A DNA stretch of 64,000 nucleotides from the human T2T-CHM13v2.0 reference genome, Homo sapiens: NCBI RefSeq assembly GCF_009914755.1, contig NC_060937.1. The stretch is one strand, 5' to 3'. Made by a program: the position numbers and the translations under genes. This document shows positions 28,282 to 43,603 of this stretch, piece after piece. The notes beneath the pieces were generated by a model that was not told the origin of the DNA, did not search any database, and worked only from the letters and a program-made list of their open reading frames with translations. How positions within the stretch are numbered: position 1 is the stretch's first letter; the number at the start of each line of letters is the position of its first letter.

Positions 28282-30199
28282 TTCGCTATTTTCTAATGGA
28301 ATTGTTTCTGTTTTTGCTGTTCAGTTTTGAGATTTTTCTATATGTTATAGACACCTGTCCTTTGTCAGATTTTGTTAGTTTGCAAATTTTTTTCCCAATC
28401 TGTAACTTGTCTTTTCACCCTCTTAAAGGATCCTTTGCAAAGCAAAACTTTTTAATTTTAACAAAGACTAATTTGTCAGTTTTTCCTCCAAGAATTCTTT
28501 GCCTAGTTTAGGTCTCAAAGATTTTCTCCTATTTTTTTCTGAAAGTTTCAAATGAAATGATTAGTTAGAGCTAATTTTTTGTATGAGGTGTGAAGTTTGG
28601 GTCTGTGAATGTTTGATTGTCCCAGCACCATTTGATGAAAGGCTATCTTTCCTCCAATGAATTGCTTTTGCACCTTTGTCGAAGACCAGTCAGGCATATC
28701 CATGTAGGTCTTTCTGAGTTCTCTCCTCTGTTCCATTAGTCTATGTATCTAACTCTGCCAATACCACACAGTCTTGATTACTGTCGTTGAATAATAAATT
28801 TTGAAACCAGGCAGCCTTATGCCTTTTATTTCATTTTTCTTTTTCAAAATTGCTTTAGCCCTTCTAGCTCCTTTGCCTTTCCACTACACACCTATGAAAA
28901 CGTCTAAAATAAAAAATTGTGACATTGCCAAATACTGGTGAGGTTGCAGAGAAAATGGGTCATGCAGACATTGCTAGTGGGAAAGTAGAATGGGACAGGC
29001 ACTCTGGCAAACAATTCGGCAGCTTCTTAAATTAACTCAACATGTAGCTACTATACCAAAACTCCAGAGAGGGATTGTGTAGAATAATATCGAAACCACT
29101 GTGGCTATCAGACTCTCATTTCAGAAAAAGGATATTTATATTGGCTTATCTCAAGAAGAGTTCTTATTTACATTCCTGAGCCTATTTTACATTTGAGTTC
29201 TGCATTCAGCCAGACTATCAGAGAAGCTGCTCTCGCCCCTCCTGCTGTTGATCCTCAGTCTGCTGTGTACTGTAACAATGCCAGCGAGCACAGGGCTTCC
29301 TCTGTTCAGTGAGGCTCTGCTGGATGCGCTAACAGTTCTTTCTGCGGGGGCTGCATGTCCTGCCACCCTGCACCCTTCAGGACAACACGTCCTTAATGTT
29401 TGTTTCCAAGCTGTTATTCTTCCATTCTCTTGAGCAAATCATTTCTTTTTCGATGCTTCTACTACTCAACTGTGTTATCATCTCCCTCCCCTTGCTTCTG
29501 GGAGTGACCAGTCTCCTGGCTACGTCTTTCATTCATCAAAGACATGGCCACACGGGTCATGGCCTCCCCTTCTTCCCCTCCAGACTTTGTAAGTGGCTTG
29601 AGCCTCTTGGCCTTGTGTTCACCCTACTCAGGGAAACCATGGCCTGGCCTGGCTCTGGCATTACCCTGATTGCCCAACTCCACCAAAGTCCCTGTGGCCA
29701 CAGTTTCTTTTCACTACCACTTTCTCTTTGTTCCTCCCTTCTGCATTTTCACACCGATTCTCTGACTATGTGAAATCTTTCATCTCTCAATGACTCCATA
29801 AGCCTCTGCCTTGCTCCCATGTGTTTCTTACTGTATTCACTTCTTTCCCTTTTCAGCACAAACTCCAAGTCTTACTACTTCAACCATACGCACGCCAATA
29901 CCCAAATCCTGTAGCCATTGTCCATCTCTTTCCCTCCATGTGCTGAATCCATATTTTGGGATCAGTTCGGCTGTACCTCTTCCCTGCACACACTTGGTAT
30001 GGGAGCGTGATTGGAGAAAAATCACACAAACACACAGGAAGATATTTTTTCAGATCCACAGTCCTGTTCCTCCTCTGGGCCCTTGATTCCATTCGGAATT
30101 CCTAGTCATCATTTCCTCCCATGCTCAAGGGGAACTCTCCACACCTATAAGCCTCCGATCATTCCTCTTCCCTTATCACTCCCACAAATGGCCTTACCT

Positions 30200-31000
30200 C
30201 TTCACAGAGAAAACGGAAGCGAGATGGAAACCATTGCAGCTTTCTGTTTGTAAATTAACAAACAGACTTGGCCCACACCAGTGCTTTCTTGCTTTACTCC
30301 TCTGAATATGCAGGAGATGAGCCTTCTTCTAAGCACAACCCCTCTACCTGCTCTGCATTAGACTCTCCTACCTCCTTCAGGACTCTCCCTCTACCAAGTA
30401 CTTCCTCCACCACCTCCGGATTTTCACCTCTCCCTCCACTCACAATGTCCTGTGCACATGTTAGTATGTTGTATGTCTCTGTCATCTTTAGAAACAAAAA
30501 CAAACTTTTCTTTGGCCCAACATTCCCCTTCCACCATTGGCCTATCTCTGTCCTTTCCTTCACAGCCAAGCCAATTTAAATGCATTTGACAGTTGCTCTC
30601 TCCATCTATTACATTCACACCTCCAGCTGACTCCTTGATCTGATGCAATTTTGCTTTGGTTTCCAGTGCTCCACTAAAACAGTTATTCCCCAAAGTTCCC
30701 ACATATCTTTTAGATGCTAATCTAATGACTTAATCATTCACTGCATGGCTTAGCCATCTCTGTAGACTGGTGACCAGGCCTTCCTCAGAGAACAATTCTC
30801 TTCTCTTGGCATCCATGGTACCATGCTCTCTTGGTTGTCTTCCTTCCGTGGTGAGTGTCATTACCTGTTACCTTACAGGTTCTCTTCCTCTGCCAATCCC
30901 TGAAATGTCAATGTTCTCAAGTTTCCCACTGTAGGCACTCTGCTCGTCCCCTTCTATTCCAGGGGAATATTTGCACCACAATTCACCTACTTTCCAAGAC
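30200..31000 (+). mobile_element. L2 fragment
   Basis: C/T-rich L2 ORF2-like motifs (tctcttctcttggcatccatggtaccatgctctcttggttgtcttcc). Confidence 0.6.
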
Positions 31001-31041
31001 ACAAACCAAGTACTATCATATCCCTTCTGTCTTCTGCACCA

Positions 31042-31512
31042 CAGCTGGCTTCACAAGCATGTGACCCATGGAGTCACACAGGGACAACCCTTGCTTAGAA
31101 AGCCCTCGTGCTTGGTTTAGTTTTGAACTTTCAATTTTTTTTTTTTTAGAGAGAGAGAGATTGACTTTTTTATTTTTTATCCTTGTGGGTATCTAGGAGG
31201 TAAGTATATTTTTGAGTACGTAAGATCTTGTGATAGAGGCATGCAATGTGTAATAATCACATCACGAGAATGGGATACCCATCCCCTCAAGCATTTATCC
31301 TTTGTATTACAAACAATCCAATTACACTCTTCTAGTTATTTTTAAATTTGCAATTAAATTATTATTGACTATAGTCACCCTATTATGCTATCAAATCACA
31401 AGCCTTATTCATTCTTTCTATTTTTTTGTACCCTAAACTTTTAAATTCTTGAACAAGGGGCCTCACATTTTCATTTTTGCACTAAGCCCTGCAACTTACG
31501 TACCTAAGCTTG
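31042..31512 (+). mobile_element. MER45A-like hAT relic split by an L1MA 3' end (minus, ~31130-31433)
   Basis: gctggcttcacaagcatgtgacc...gtgcttggttta and ttgaacaaggggcctcacattttcatttttgcactaagccctgcaa flank L1 motif atcccctcaagcatttatcctttgt. Confidence 0.75.
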
Positions 31513-31719
31513 CCTACAGGCTATGTATTCAACGTCAGTCTCCTCCTACCCCTCTGATTGGCCATCTTCATCCATTGCTAAGATGGCTATAGCAGTGTTT
31601 TACCTGGGCCCCTGTTTCTACTGTTACTTCCTTCCATTGTGATCCCAAGAAATAAAATAGGTGCAGGAAAATTTAAAGCTATGTGTAAGATTAGTACATA
31701 AAAGGCAAAACACAGAATA

Positions 31720-34190
31720 TTTTACATTTTTTTAAGGCTAGATATTTGGTTATGAGTTTTCTTGCAACCAATGTAAAATAAATAAATCTATTTTCCACTT
31801 TTTCACTGTTATACAGTATCACATCTTATAGACACACCAAAATATGTTCTCTAAATTATAGACACTTAGGTGTTTTCCAATATTTGCCATTGCAGATAAT
31901 GCTACAGTAAATGTAGGTAGATAGGTAGGTAGGTAGGTAGGCAGATAGATAGATAGATAGATAGATAATCTCCCTGTGTACTATGTACACAAGTTTTTGC
32001 AAGTGGAAGTGCGGGATAAAATGCTTTGAATAGTTTCAACTCTGCTTCAGAGTTAAATAACTTGCACAGTAGTTGGACCAATTTATAGTCCCCCAAGCAG
32101 TGTATGAAAAACAGTGTGGCTCATTTCTTTGCCAGGTTTGGTATTGTCAGGGCCAATGTAATGGATGCACGTGGTCTACCATTTTGCTCTGTTTTACATG
32201 TTTCTGATTATTAATGAGGATGAGCAACTCTTCACATATTTATCAGAGTGTTGGGTTTCCTCTTATTATATATCCATTTTTCTATTATTTTCTACTAGAC
32301 TATATATATGTATATACTAGACTAGAATATAAGTATAAGTGTTCTGTATATTCTTTTACAACTATATGTATATTATATAACTCTCTCTATATATGCATTT
32401 TCAATTATATGTCTTGCAAATACATTGTTCTAGATATTTGTCTTTGCACTTTGTTTATAGTATCTTTGGTTGTACACAATTTTAAGAACTTATTCTGTAA
32501 AATTTATTATATTAATTTTTTTCTTTTAGGTGTTTGCTTTTTGCGTCTTAATATAACAAAACAAACAAACAAAAGTGAAAAAATAACCTTCCTTAATCCA
32601 AGGTCATAGAAATAGACTTCTACACTATCATCTAAATATTTGAAAATTTGCCTTTCTTACTTAAACTTTAACCATATAGAATTAATTTTATAAGGTCCTG
32701 ATGTAAGCTCTTATTTATTGAATAGTCCATTATTCCCCAAATGATTGATAGTTTCACTAGTATCACACATTGTGCTCACAAATTTACATGGCTTCTGATC
32801 CTCTCCTTATCAATTTTCTATCCCCAGAAAATATTATTTTAATTACCATTTATGCTTTTAGCTTTATAAAAACTATTAGATCTGGTAAGGTGACTTCATC
32901 TTCTCTATTTTCTCCTTTTCCTCCTCTTTTATCTTATTTAGAATTCTCTTGGATATTTTTCTCTTCCATGTGAAGCAGCGTCACCTTTTATTTTCAAATG
33001 CCCATTACTAACTTGAGTAGAATGACACTGAATCTTTAATCTGAGTACAATTGACATTTTTTGTATTTGCTTTTCCCATTTAGCAAAAGGATGTATATCT
33101 CCATTTATTCTGATTTTCTATGTCCTTTTTATAAACTTTGTATAGCTTTTTCCTAAAAAGTTCTTGAACAACTTACATTAAATGTATTCCCAATATCATA
33201 TAGGGTTTTTGTTAATATGAATGATATCTATTGTTTTACTATATTATTTTTCTTCATCTTACAAAAATTCTCTACTATTTTCCAATACCAAAAGTTTTGC
33301 ATCTTTCCAATTCAAATGTCTTAGATCTGATTAAAACCTCTAGAGCAATACTAAGTGCTAGGGATGATTCCTAAATAGAATGAGAATGCATCTAATTTTT
33401 TACCACAAAATAGCTACTTTTAATAGACATTAAAGTTAAAAAAAAAACTTTCTATCCACTTTGCTAAGGATTATTACCATAAATATAAACCAAATTTTGG
33501 AATGCTTTTTCTGCATTTATTGTGCTGAACATATTGTTTGTCATTCACCCTACTAATGTGAACAATCTCAAGCATATGTTTTCTACAGCTATACTAATTT
33601 TGCCTTCCTGTGACAACTTTCACCTGCCCATGCTGTATTTTCTTTAAATACTACTATATTGCTATTCTTTCCTGTGTTTCTGGTGAGTTTTTAAAAACAT
33701 ATTCATAAAATTGATCTACATTTTAATTTTCCTTGTCTAAAGTTGTTAATAGAATTGCATTCGCTTTATAAAATAGATTGCATTTTTTTTTTTTTGCTAT
33801 GTTCTCTGAATAATTTGCCTTGATGTTTTCTTAGAAGTTACCTGTAAAAATCTCTAGCCTTGTCATTTGGAGGAATCAAAGGAGAGACTAGAATAAAATT
33901 TTATTTGCTTTAAAAGTTGTTGGTTTAAGTTTTCTTTAAAAAAAAAAGAAAACTTTTTCTTAAGATAATGCATGGAAGTTATGTTTTTCTACATATCTCT
34001 TATTTCATCGGTAGTTTCAAAGTTTTCTTGTTTTAAAATATCTCTCTGCTCATAGTTATGCCTACTTTATAATTCTTACCATTGTTCATTTGTTCATTTC
34101 CTGCTACTGATTTCCTCCTGCTCATTCTGTTCATAGGATAGTTTATTTATTAAACCTCTCAGAGAAAAGTTTGAGCTTTTCTCTGAGGGA
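31720..34190 (-). mobile_element. ancient L1M fragments containing a (TAGA/TAGG)n array at 31913-31966
   Basis: T-rich strand with degenerate ORF2/3'UTR motifs (aatgctttttctgcatttattg). Confidence 0.6.
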
Positions 34191-34380
34191 AATATGTATT
34201 AATTATACGTTTTTATAATTTGTATAAATTTTATAATTATATAATTTATAATTATATAACTTATAAATTATATAATTTATTACATAATTATAATATTTAT
34301 AATTATGTTTATAATATTTATAAATATAATATAATTTATAATTTTATAATTTATATAAATATGTATTAATTATATATTTT
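34190..34380. repeat. AT-rich low-complexity tract
   Basis: Almost pure A/T, built of ttataa/tataat units. Confidence 0.9.
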
Positions 34381-34447
34381 GCTAACAAAGTATGACAATG
34401 TTCAATATCTCTAAACTTCTGCCAAAACTACAAGGATCTTGGGGGAG

Positions 34448-34626
34448 TTTTTTTGTCTGTTTTTCAGACAAGTCTTATTCTGTCGCCCAGGCTGGATTGC
34501 AGTGGTGCGGTCACCTTCAGGGCTCACTGCAGCCTCTGCCTCCTGCACTCATAGCTCACAGCAGCCTTGAACTCCTAGGCTCAAGGAGTCCTCCTACCCC
34601 AGCCTCTCAAGTAGCTGGGACCACAG
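34448..34626 (-). mobile_element. partial AluJ (right arm)
   Basis: tctgtcgcccaggctgg; catagctcacagcagccttgaactcctaggctcaag. Confidence 0.8.
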
Positions 34627-35628
34627 ATGATTTTCTTAAAAGTGCTCTTATATATTTTCAAAACATCTCTTTGTCTTTTGGGGACACATTCTGAGTAAAT
34701 GCCATGGGATTGTCTTTAAGGTCTCTAATTTTCTATGGAATTAGAATGTTTAGAATTTGGATTGATATGCACACTTTTTCTATAGATGAAAATCTCCATC
34801 TTTCTCAGTTTGTCTGTCTCTTTCTACCATACACACACATACACACACACATTCCATACTTACCTTTCTAAAAATTGCAGTTGTATATATCTGCCCCAGA
34901 AGCCCCACTCCTGAGTCCTGTCTTCTGAAGGTCCGGGTCTCCTGCTCTGAGTTAGCTGTTCAAATACTGCATAGCGATCAGTCACTGTGGCCGTCCATTT
35001 TGTTTTACTTCCTAGAAGAGAGGCTAAGGCAGGGTTCCATGACTTCTTAGACACATGGGTTAGTATAACACGTAAGTTAGAATAAGTCACAACCCCAGCC
35101 AGCATAACTTAAACTAAATTAACAAGTCTTGATCAGTCCCTCATTATCATCCATTTAACCAACGTGAACTGCAGCTATTTAGGGACATACTGTGCCAGAA
35201 GGACCCTCTAGCCCTTGGCCATGCCACACTTGCCACCACATTTCTGTTGGCCCTTTATCAAGCACCTCAGCAGGACTGCATTTCCCCCCTTTGACTTTAA
35301 GGAAGTCATATTCTATTGTGGGAGAAAGACAATAAATTGACAGCTATGGAAATAACAAACGTGAAAAAGCAATGTTAGAGGTACGCACTGAAGACTAGAC
35401 AGTGAACCTAGCTCAGGGGTAAGTTTGAGGAGTGCTTAATGGAATGGCCCAATATATTAGCCATTCAACATTGACTACTTCACTTCTATGCACTATATTA
35501 AAGTTGCTGCTTCTCTCACACATGAGTTCCTCAAACGTGGAGACCAAGGAGTCATCCTAACTCAGTCTCTGCCTCACTTTTTAAATCAGTCATTCAATAA
35601 ACCTAACATTATCTCATATATATATGTA

Positions 35629-35923
35629 TTTTTTTTTTTTTGAGTTGGAGTCTCGCTCTATCGCCCAGGCTAGAGTACAGTGGCACAATCTTGGCACACC
35701 GCAAGCCCTGACTCCCAGGTTCACGCCATTCTCTTGCCTCAGCCTCCTGAGCAGCTGGGATTACAGGCACCCGCCACCACGCCTGGCTAATTTTTTTGTA
35801 TTTTTAGTAGAGACGGGATTTCACAGTGTTAGCCAGGATGGTATCAATCTCCTGACTTTGTGATCCACCCACCTTGGCCTCCCAAAGTGCTGGTATTACA
35901 GGCGTGAGCCACCGTGCCTGGCC
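35629..35923 (-). mobile_element. Alu (AluY/Sc-type)
   Basis: ttcacgccattctc; gtgttagccaggatgg. Confidence 0.95.
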
Positions 35924-36028
35924 AGAATTTTGCTTTTTATATCCCATGTAACAACTTTTTTCTGATCTTTATTATCATAACCATTGCATAATCCCCTCAC
36001 TAGTCATCCTGATTTAATATTTAAGTAA

Positions 36029-36342
<314 letters not shown>

Positions 36343-36459
36343 AAGTCCTATTTTTTTTTTAAATGCTGTTAAAATTTATTGTTATCCATGCATAATGAAT
36401 TTATCTTCTTCAAAAAAGATCAAAATGTTTATGCTTTTTATTTTTTAAAAAATAAAACA

Positions 36460-36670
36460 ACATTTAGTATGGGGCACTGTTCTACATGCTTCAAAATATT
36501 TACTCATTTAATTTTCACGTAACCTATGATGCAGATGTGATATTGTGCTTATTTTGCAGTTGAGCAAACTAAAACACAAAAAGTGAAGTAACCTTCTGAA
36601 GTCCTACAGCTAGTATGTATCCCTCTTGTTCTAAAGACCAGGCTTTTAACCACAGCATTTCAGCCACTAT
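36460..36670 (-). mobile_element. MIR
   Basis: ttattttgcagttgagcaaactaaaacacaaaaagtgaagtaacctt. Confidence 0.7.
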
Positions 36671-36719
36671 CTCTAGCTCATACAATTTTGCCTCTTAGGG
36701 ATATTCTTAGGGATACTTA

Positions 36720-36897
36720 GGTCTGTAAAGTCTAATTGGAACACAACCAGCTCACTCCTTTGCATATTGTCCATGGCTGCTTGTGAGCTACGGCAGCAGA
36801 ACTGAGTCGTTTTGCCAGAGACCTTATGGCCCTCAAAGCTAAAATATTTACTATTCTGACCCTTTATAGAAAAAAAAACAAAGTTGGCAATTCCTGC
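36720..36897 (+). mobile_element. MER58A-like hAT-Charlie relic
   Basis: catattgtccatggctgctt; aaagctaaaatatttactattctgaccctttatagaaaa. Confidence 0.8.
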
Positions 36898-37210
36898 TAT
36901 AGAGTCACAGTTGAGCCCCTAAAAGCAGTCCTCTTCTGCAGGATGTTTTCCAGGCATTTGCACATGTGTTTGCCCCTGCTTGTGCGGGTCGCTATGTGGA
37001 GCTGCTGACACAAACAGAGGCACAGGACACTGACACTCAGCTTCCCTCTTATTTCACATAATCCTGTAACTAAGACGTCAGAATTAAGAGGGACCTTGGA
37101 GACTGCCTTTATTCTGTGACTGGTAGTACAACGAATCCAGAGTAGAATATACTCAAGCTAGCAAAGGAGCCAATACTAGAAGCTCTTCACTCTTCCAAAC
37201 ATTGGCTCAG

Positions 37211-37532
<322 letters not shown>

Positions 37533-37719
37533 TTAAGGAATTATAGTGCAGATCTAAAACTGACATTTAACACCTTGAGTTTAAATAAAATATCTACTGG
37601 ATTAAATGCAGAGCCTGGAAATGGCTAGTTTTCACATGAGCATGTGAGTAGATGACCACTCAGAAGCACCCTGCTTTCCATGCATTTAAACAGCAAACTG
37701 CTGCGGCAGGTGTGTGCTT

Positions 37720-37761
37720 GCCTGCTGCCTGCTGCCTGCTGCCTGCTGCCTGCTGCCTGCT
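37720..37761. repeat. (GCCTGCT)6 heptamer repeat
   Basis: Read directly. Confidence 0.9.
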
Positions 37762-37935
37762 TGGTGTGTGTATCCTGTAAAGATGACAAAGCCGTGGATT
37801 TCACCTGCCTGCAGTACATCTGCAGATTTTACCTGCAGATCATTGGGGCTAGTTTACAACTTCACTAAACTGCCCCCAGGGGACTATCAAATCTTTACCG
37901 CAGGTAAGTTTTGGAATGTAATGACAATAGTTTCA

Positions 37936-38237
37936 GGCAGGGCACGGTGGCTCGCGCCTGTAATCCCAGCACTTTGGGAGGCCGAGGGGGGTGGATCACG
38001 AGGTCAGGAGATCAAGACCATCCTGGCTAACACGGTGAAACCCCGTCTCTACTAAAAATACAAATAATTAGCCAGGCATAGTGGCGGGCACCTGTTGTCC
38101 CAGCTACTCGGGAGGCTGAGGCAGGAGAATGGACTGAACCTGGGAGGCAGAGCTTTCAGTGAGCCGAGATCGCGCCACTGCACTCCAGCCTGGGCGACAG
38201 AGCGAGATTCCATCTCAAAAAAAAGAAAAAAAAAAAA
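37936..38237 (+). mobile_element. AluY
   Basis: Full dimer with A-tail. Confidence 0.95.
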
Positions 38238-39408
38238 GTGGCACAAAAAGGATGATACCATGAAACACAAGTTACCAGTGCAAAACTATAAATGCCACGT
38301 CTATTAGCAAACTACAGGTCTATTCTTCCCAACGTTTGATCTGAGTGAAAGAAACCATCCCTGAACTCATAAGACAAAGAACCACACTCAAAATGTTTTT
38401 AATAAACTTTCCAGAGGTATCTTGTAATATTTCATTTTGAATTCTTTTGAGCCACGTTCACTCTACTAAGATATTGTCGTCCTACATTTCTATAGCTCAA
38501 ATTTAATTTCAGTATCATATCACTTGATTTATATTCATTACATTAATAGTCTGTCTTCTTAAATTTATTTGTAGGTCACTATAAAATCTGTCTCATCATC
38601 TTAGTTCCTATTTTTGGCTAAAGTGGCTCATTCTGAATATGTTCATCCTTTTGATCAGCTAATGCCCTTTAAAGTTCTATTTAATAATTCAATGCATCAA
38701 GCATCCCTTAAATTTCTAGGATGAGGAAAAATATATGTTAGTTAAGGACTGCACTAACTTCTTCATCTCTTCAAAAACTAAGACAAAATTATGTGCACAT
38801 ACAGAGTGAACTTATCATAACATAAAATGAACGCTGTGCTTTGCATTTTTTGCTGTCGTGCATAAATCTGCAGATTTCAAGAGGAAGTATCATGGTGGTA
38901 AACTGAAATGGCAGTCCCCACTGGCATTTCCTTTTCCTTTGTATACACAGTAGGCAGATGTCATGATTAGACCTGACAGCTTGAATTTCGAACTCTAAAG
39001 GGAAAAGCCAAAAGACAAGGAGTCAGTGAGGTGGAAAGGAGAAATGGAGCTGAGGGAACATGGGAAGAGGCAGGGCCCGTGTGGGATGAGTTGGACTCGT
39101 TCCAGTAACTACTGTCAGGGTTTGGGTCCAGAGAAATCTGGCAATGTTCTTTCTCCCGTATCTGATCTCCTATTGAATTGAAGAGATGTGAACGATAGTA
39201 TGTGCATTGCTATATTAATATCTCAGCAGTGTGTGTTTGCTTTTTGTTTGTTTTAATGACAATAATTGGGGTTACCTAGAATGTAAGTTCTGGGACACAA
39301 GATTTATACCAAGAGGAGACTGAAATTCGGAAGCTATCTGCCACATTTTCACTTGGCCCTCATATGAAGTGCAGATAGCTTCAGATGGAATATGGACACA
39401 GTAAATAC

Positions 39409-39411
<3 letters not shown>

Positions 39412-39450
<39 letters not shown>
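39412..39450. repeat. (TG)n microsatellite
   Basis: Read directly. Confidence 0.95.
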
Positions 39451-39452
<2 letters not shown>

Positions 39453-39923
39453 CTAACCCTACAAACACAGAGAGAGAGGGAGTTAGTTTTGAAAGCCATA
39501 TATTTTCTGAATTTAAAACATTTCTAGAATTGGAATACATCAAGCCTCAAAGTTTGTAAAAATTTAAAAAATGCAAATCAAAACTTTAATGTGATACCGC
39601 CTTACTCCTGCAAGAATGGCCATAATAAAAAAAAAAAAAATAGATGTTGGCATAGACGTGGTGATTATGGAACACATCTACACTGCTGGTGGGAATGTAA
39701 ACTAGTACAACCACTACGGAAAACAGTGTGGAGATTCCTTAAAGAACTAAAAGTAGATTGATTCAGCAATCGCACTAGTGGGTATCTACCCAGAGGAAAA
39801 GAAGTGACTATACGAAAAACATACTTCTACATGCATGTTTATAGCAGCACAATTCACAATTCCGAAAATATGGAACCAGCCCAAATGCCCACCAATCAAC
39901 AAGTGGATAAAGAAATTGTGGTG

Positions 39924-39964
<41 letters not shown>

Positions 39965-39981
39965 GAATACTAGTCAGCCAT

Positions 39982-40301
<320 letters not shown>

Positions 40302-40385
40302 TCAGGAATAGAAAACCAAACATTGTGTGTTCTCACTCATAAGTGGGAGCTAAGCCATGAGGATGCAAAGGCATAAGAGCGATAC

Positions 40386-41330
<945 letters not shown>

Positions 41331-43295
41331 ATACAATGGTCTTTGGAGACTGGGGGAAAGGGTGGGAGAGGGGTGAGGGATAAAAGACTATAAATTGGGT
41401 TCAGCGTATGCTGCTTGGGTGATGGGTGCACTAAAATCTCACAAATCACCGCTGAAGAACTTACTTATGCAACCAAATATCACCTGTTCCCCAAAAGCCT
41501 ATGGAAATAAAAATTTTTTTAAATATTAAAACAAAATTACCTAGTAAGGTATGGTAGAAAAAATGTAATTTAAAATCCACAAGAAATAAACAATTTTTAA
41601 AGTTGAAGTGTTAGAAAATCTTTAATTCAATATAAATATATCGTAGGATCATATGTATTTATTAAGTAGATGTCATTTTCAGTCATTTGAAAACATCTGG
41701 GTTTATCTAATAGGATAAGTTAATACAATAAATCAGAGACTATACACAACCAATATATTTTAATCAATTTTAATTGCCAATTATTGCAGTGGAATCAGTA
41801 GTTGCATTGGACACTCATTTCAGTAAATATATTTATAAAAAAATACAAGAATTTTTAAATGGGCATTTGTTTGTTAGCAGTGAATGTTTTGATATACAGG
41901 TGGGCTATGGTAAATTCAGACATCAGGATTGGAATCTTCAGAAACCAAAAGAAGTGAATTAAAGAGCTCTTTAGAAGAGATTCCTCTATGCTATCAGCTT
42001 CCTATTGCTATGCTTTTCTCTTCCTAATTTATATTTAGGTACATGTGCAAAATATTCCTCGATGGCAAATATCTATGAAATTGATTAGATAATTTTAAAA
42101 TAAAGTTAATTTAACCCATTTATTATTATCTTCACAACTCTGAATGTTACATACAGGGCTGGTACCCAGTCATTTATAGCCAACCATTTATAGTCATTCA
42201 CAGCACTGAATGACTACGTCAGCAATGAATGTATTTTCACACTACCAGCACCAATCATCCCTGCAACCCCAACCAACACTGCACCACCAGTCACAATACA
42301 TCACCACACCATTACAGCATTACCAACCATAACAGCATTTCCATACTGCCAGAACATCACAACACCAGCAGAACATAGCCATATCATCAAGACATTTTTA
42401 ATAGAAAAAGGGTAACTGTAAAAAATATATTTTAAGAATAGACCATAAGAGGAAACATGTATGAAAAAATATGCATTTTTCCTGGGATTTTAGGTTAAGA
42501 CAAATGATCTATTCTCTAAGAAGTTGTAATAGAAATTATGGTCTGATAGTTTAGATTTAGTTAATACTTTAAAATGGATTAATAGGAATGGGATATGCAA
42601 AAGAGAAGATCAGCAAGAGAGCATGTCAGATAATTAGAAAACATCATTGAAAGAGGAAAATAGATTCACAAGAAAGGCAGAATCTCACCAACAGTAAGTA
42701 TTGCCCATTTCCTAGTCTTATCAGTCTGAGGGCCTAACATAACTCTCTTTACAATCCAGCCATTGCCGCTAAATCCAGTCTCTCAGACCACCTGTCAGCA
42801 TGTGCTACATGAGTGGCTCTTTCTGTATCCACACGACTTCCTAAAGTGGGTCACTTTCATTGAGTTATTCTAGTATCTGCTGAAGTATTTTCCTCAAGTT
42901 TGATCCAGCTGTTGAGCCCTAAAAGATCCTAAGACCAAGTCTGTTGGTGATACAACTACCCTGGAGCTGAATCATGTAGGAAATTCTAGGCCTTAATCTA
43001 GACATTGTAAGCTAGCTTTCATATCCAACAAGTGAATTTTTCAGAATTTGATCATTGTAAATATTGGGGTGCATCAGGAATTAGGTGTCCATAATTTATG
43101 AACTATATTTGTCATCAGGAATCTGAGTAAAAAATCAACTAATCTAGGGTTATGGCTATGATACTGATTTTAATCTCTAATAGAAATATATTTAAAGAAA
43201 CCAAGACACTATCACCAAATTTGAAATCTTAATATATATATGTGTATATATATATTAATATTCAAACTGCTAGAAAAATAAAAAATAATTAAACC

Positions 43296-43603
43296 AGCCA
43301 GGCGCAATGGCTCATGCCTGTAATCCCAGCACTTTGGGAGGCCGAGGTGGGCAGATCTTTTGAGGTCAGTAATTCAAGACCAGCCTGGACAACATGGTGA
43401 AATCCTGTGTCTGCTGAAAATTCAAAAAAAATTAGCTGGGTATGGTGGTGGGCACGGTGATGGGCGCTTGTAGTCCCAGTTACTTGGGGGACTGAGGCAA
43501 GAGAAACCCTTGAAACCTGGGAGGTGGAGATTGCAGTGAGCCAAGATCGCACCACCGCACTCCAGCCTGGATGAGAGTAAGACTCTGTCTCAAAAAATAT
43601 AAT
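43296..43603 (+). mobile_element. AluS (Sx/Sz-like)
   Basis: Dimer; TSD aataattaaacca. Confidence 0.92.
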
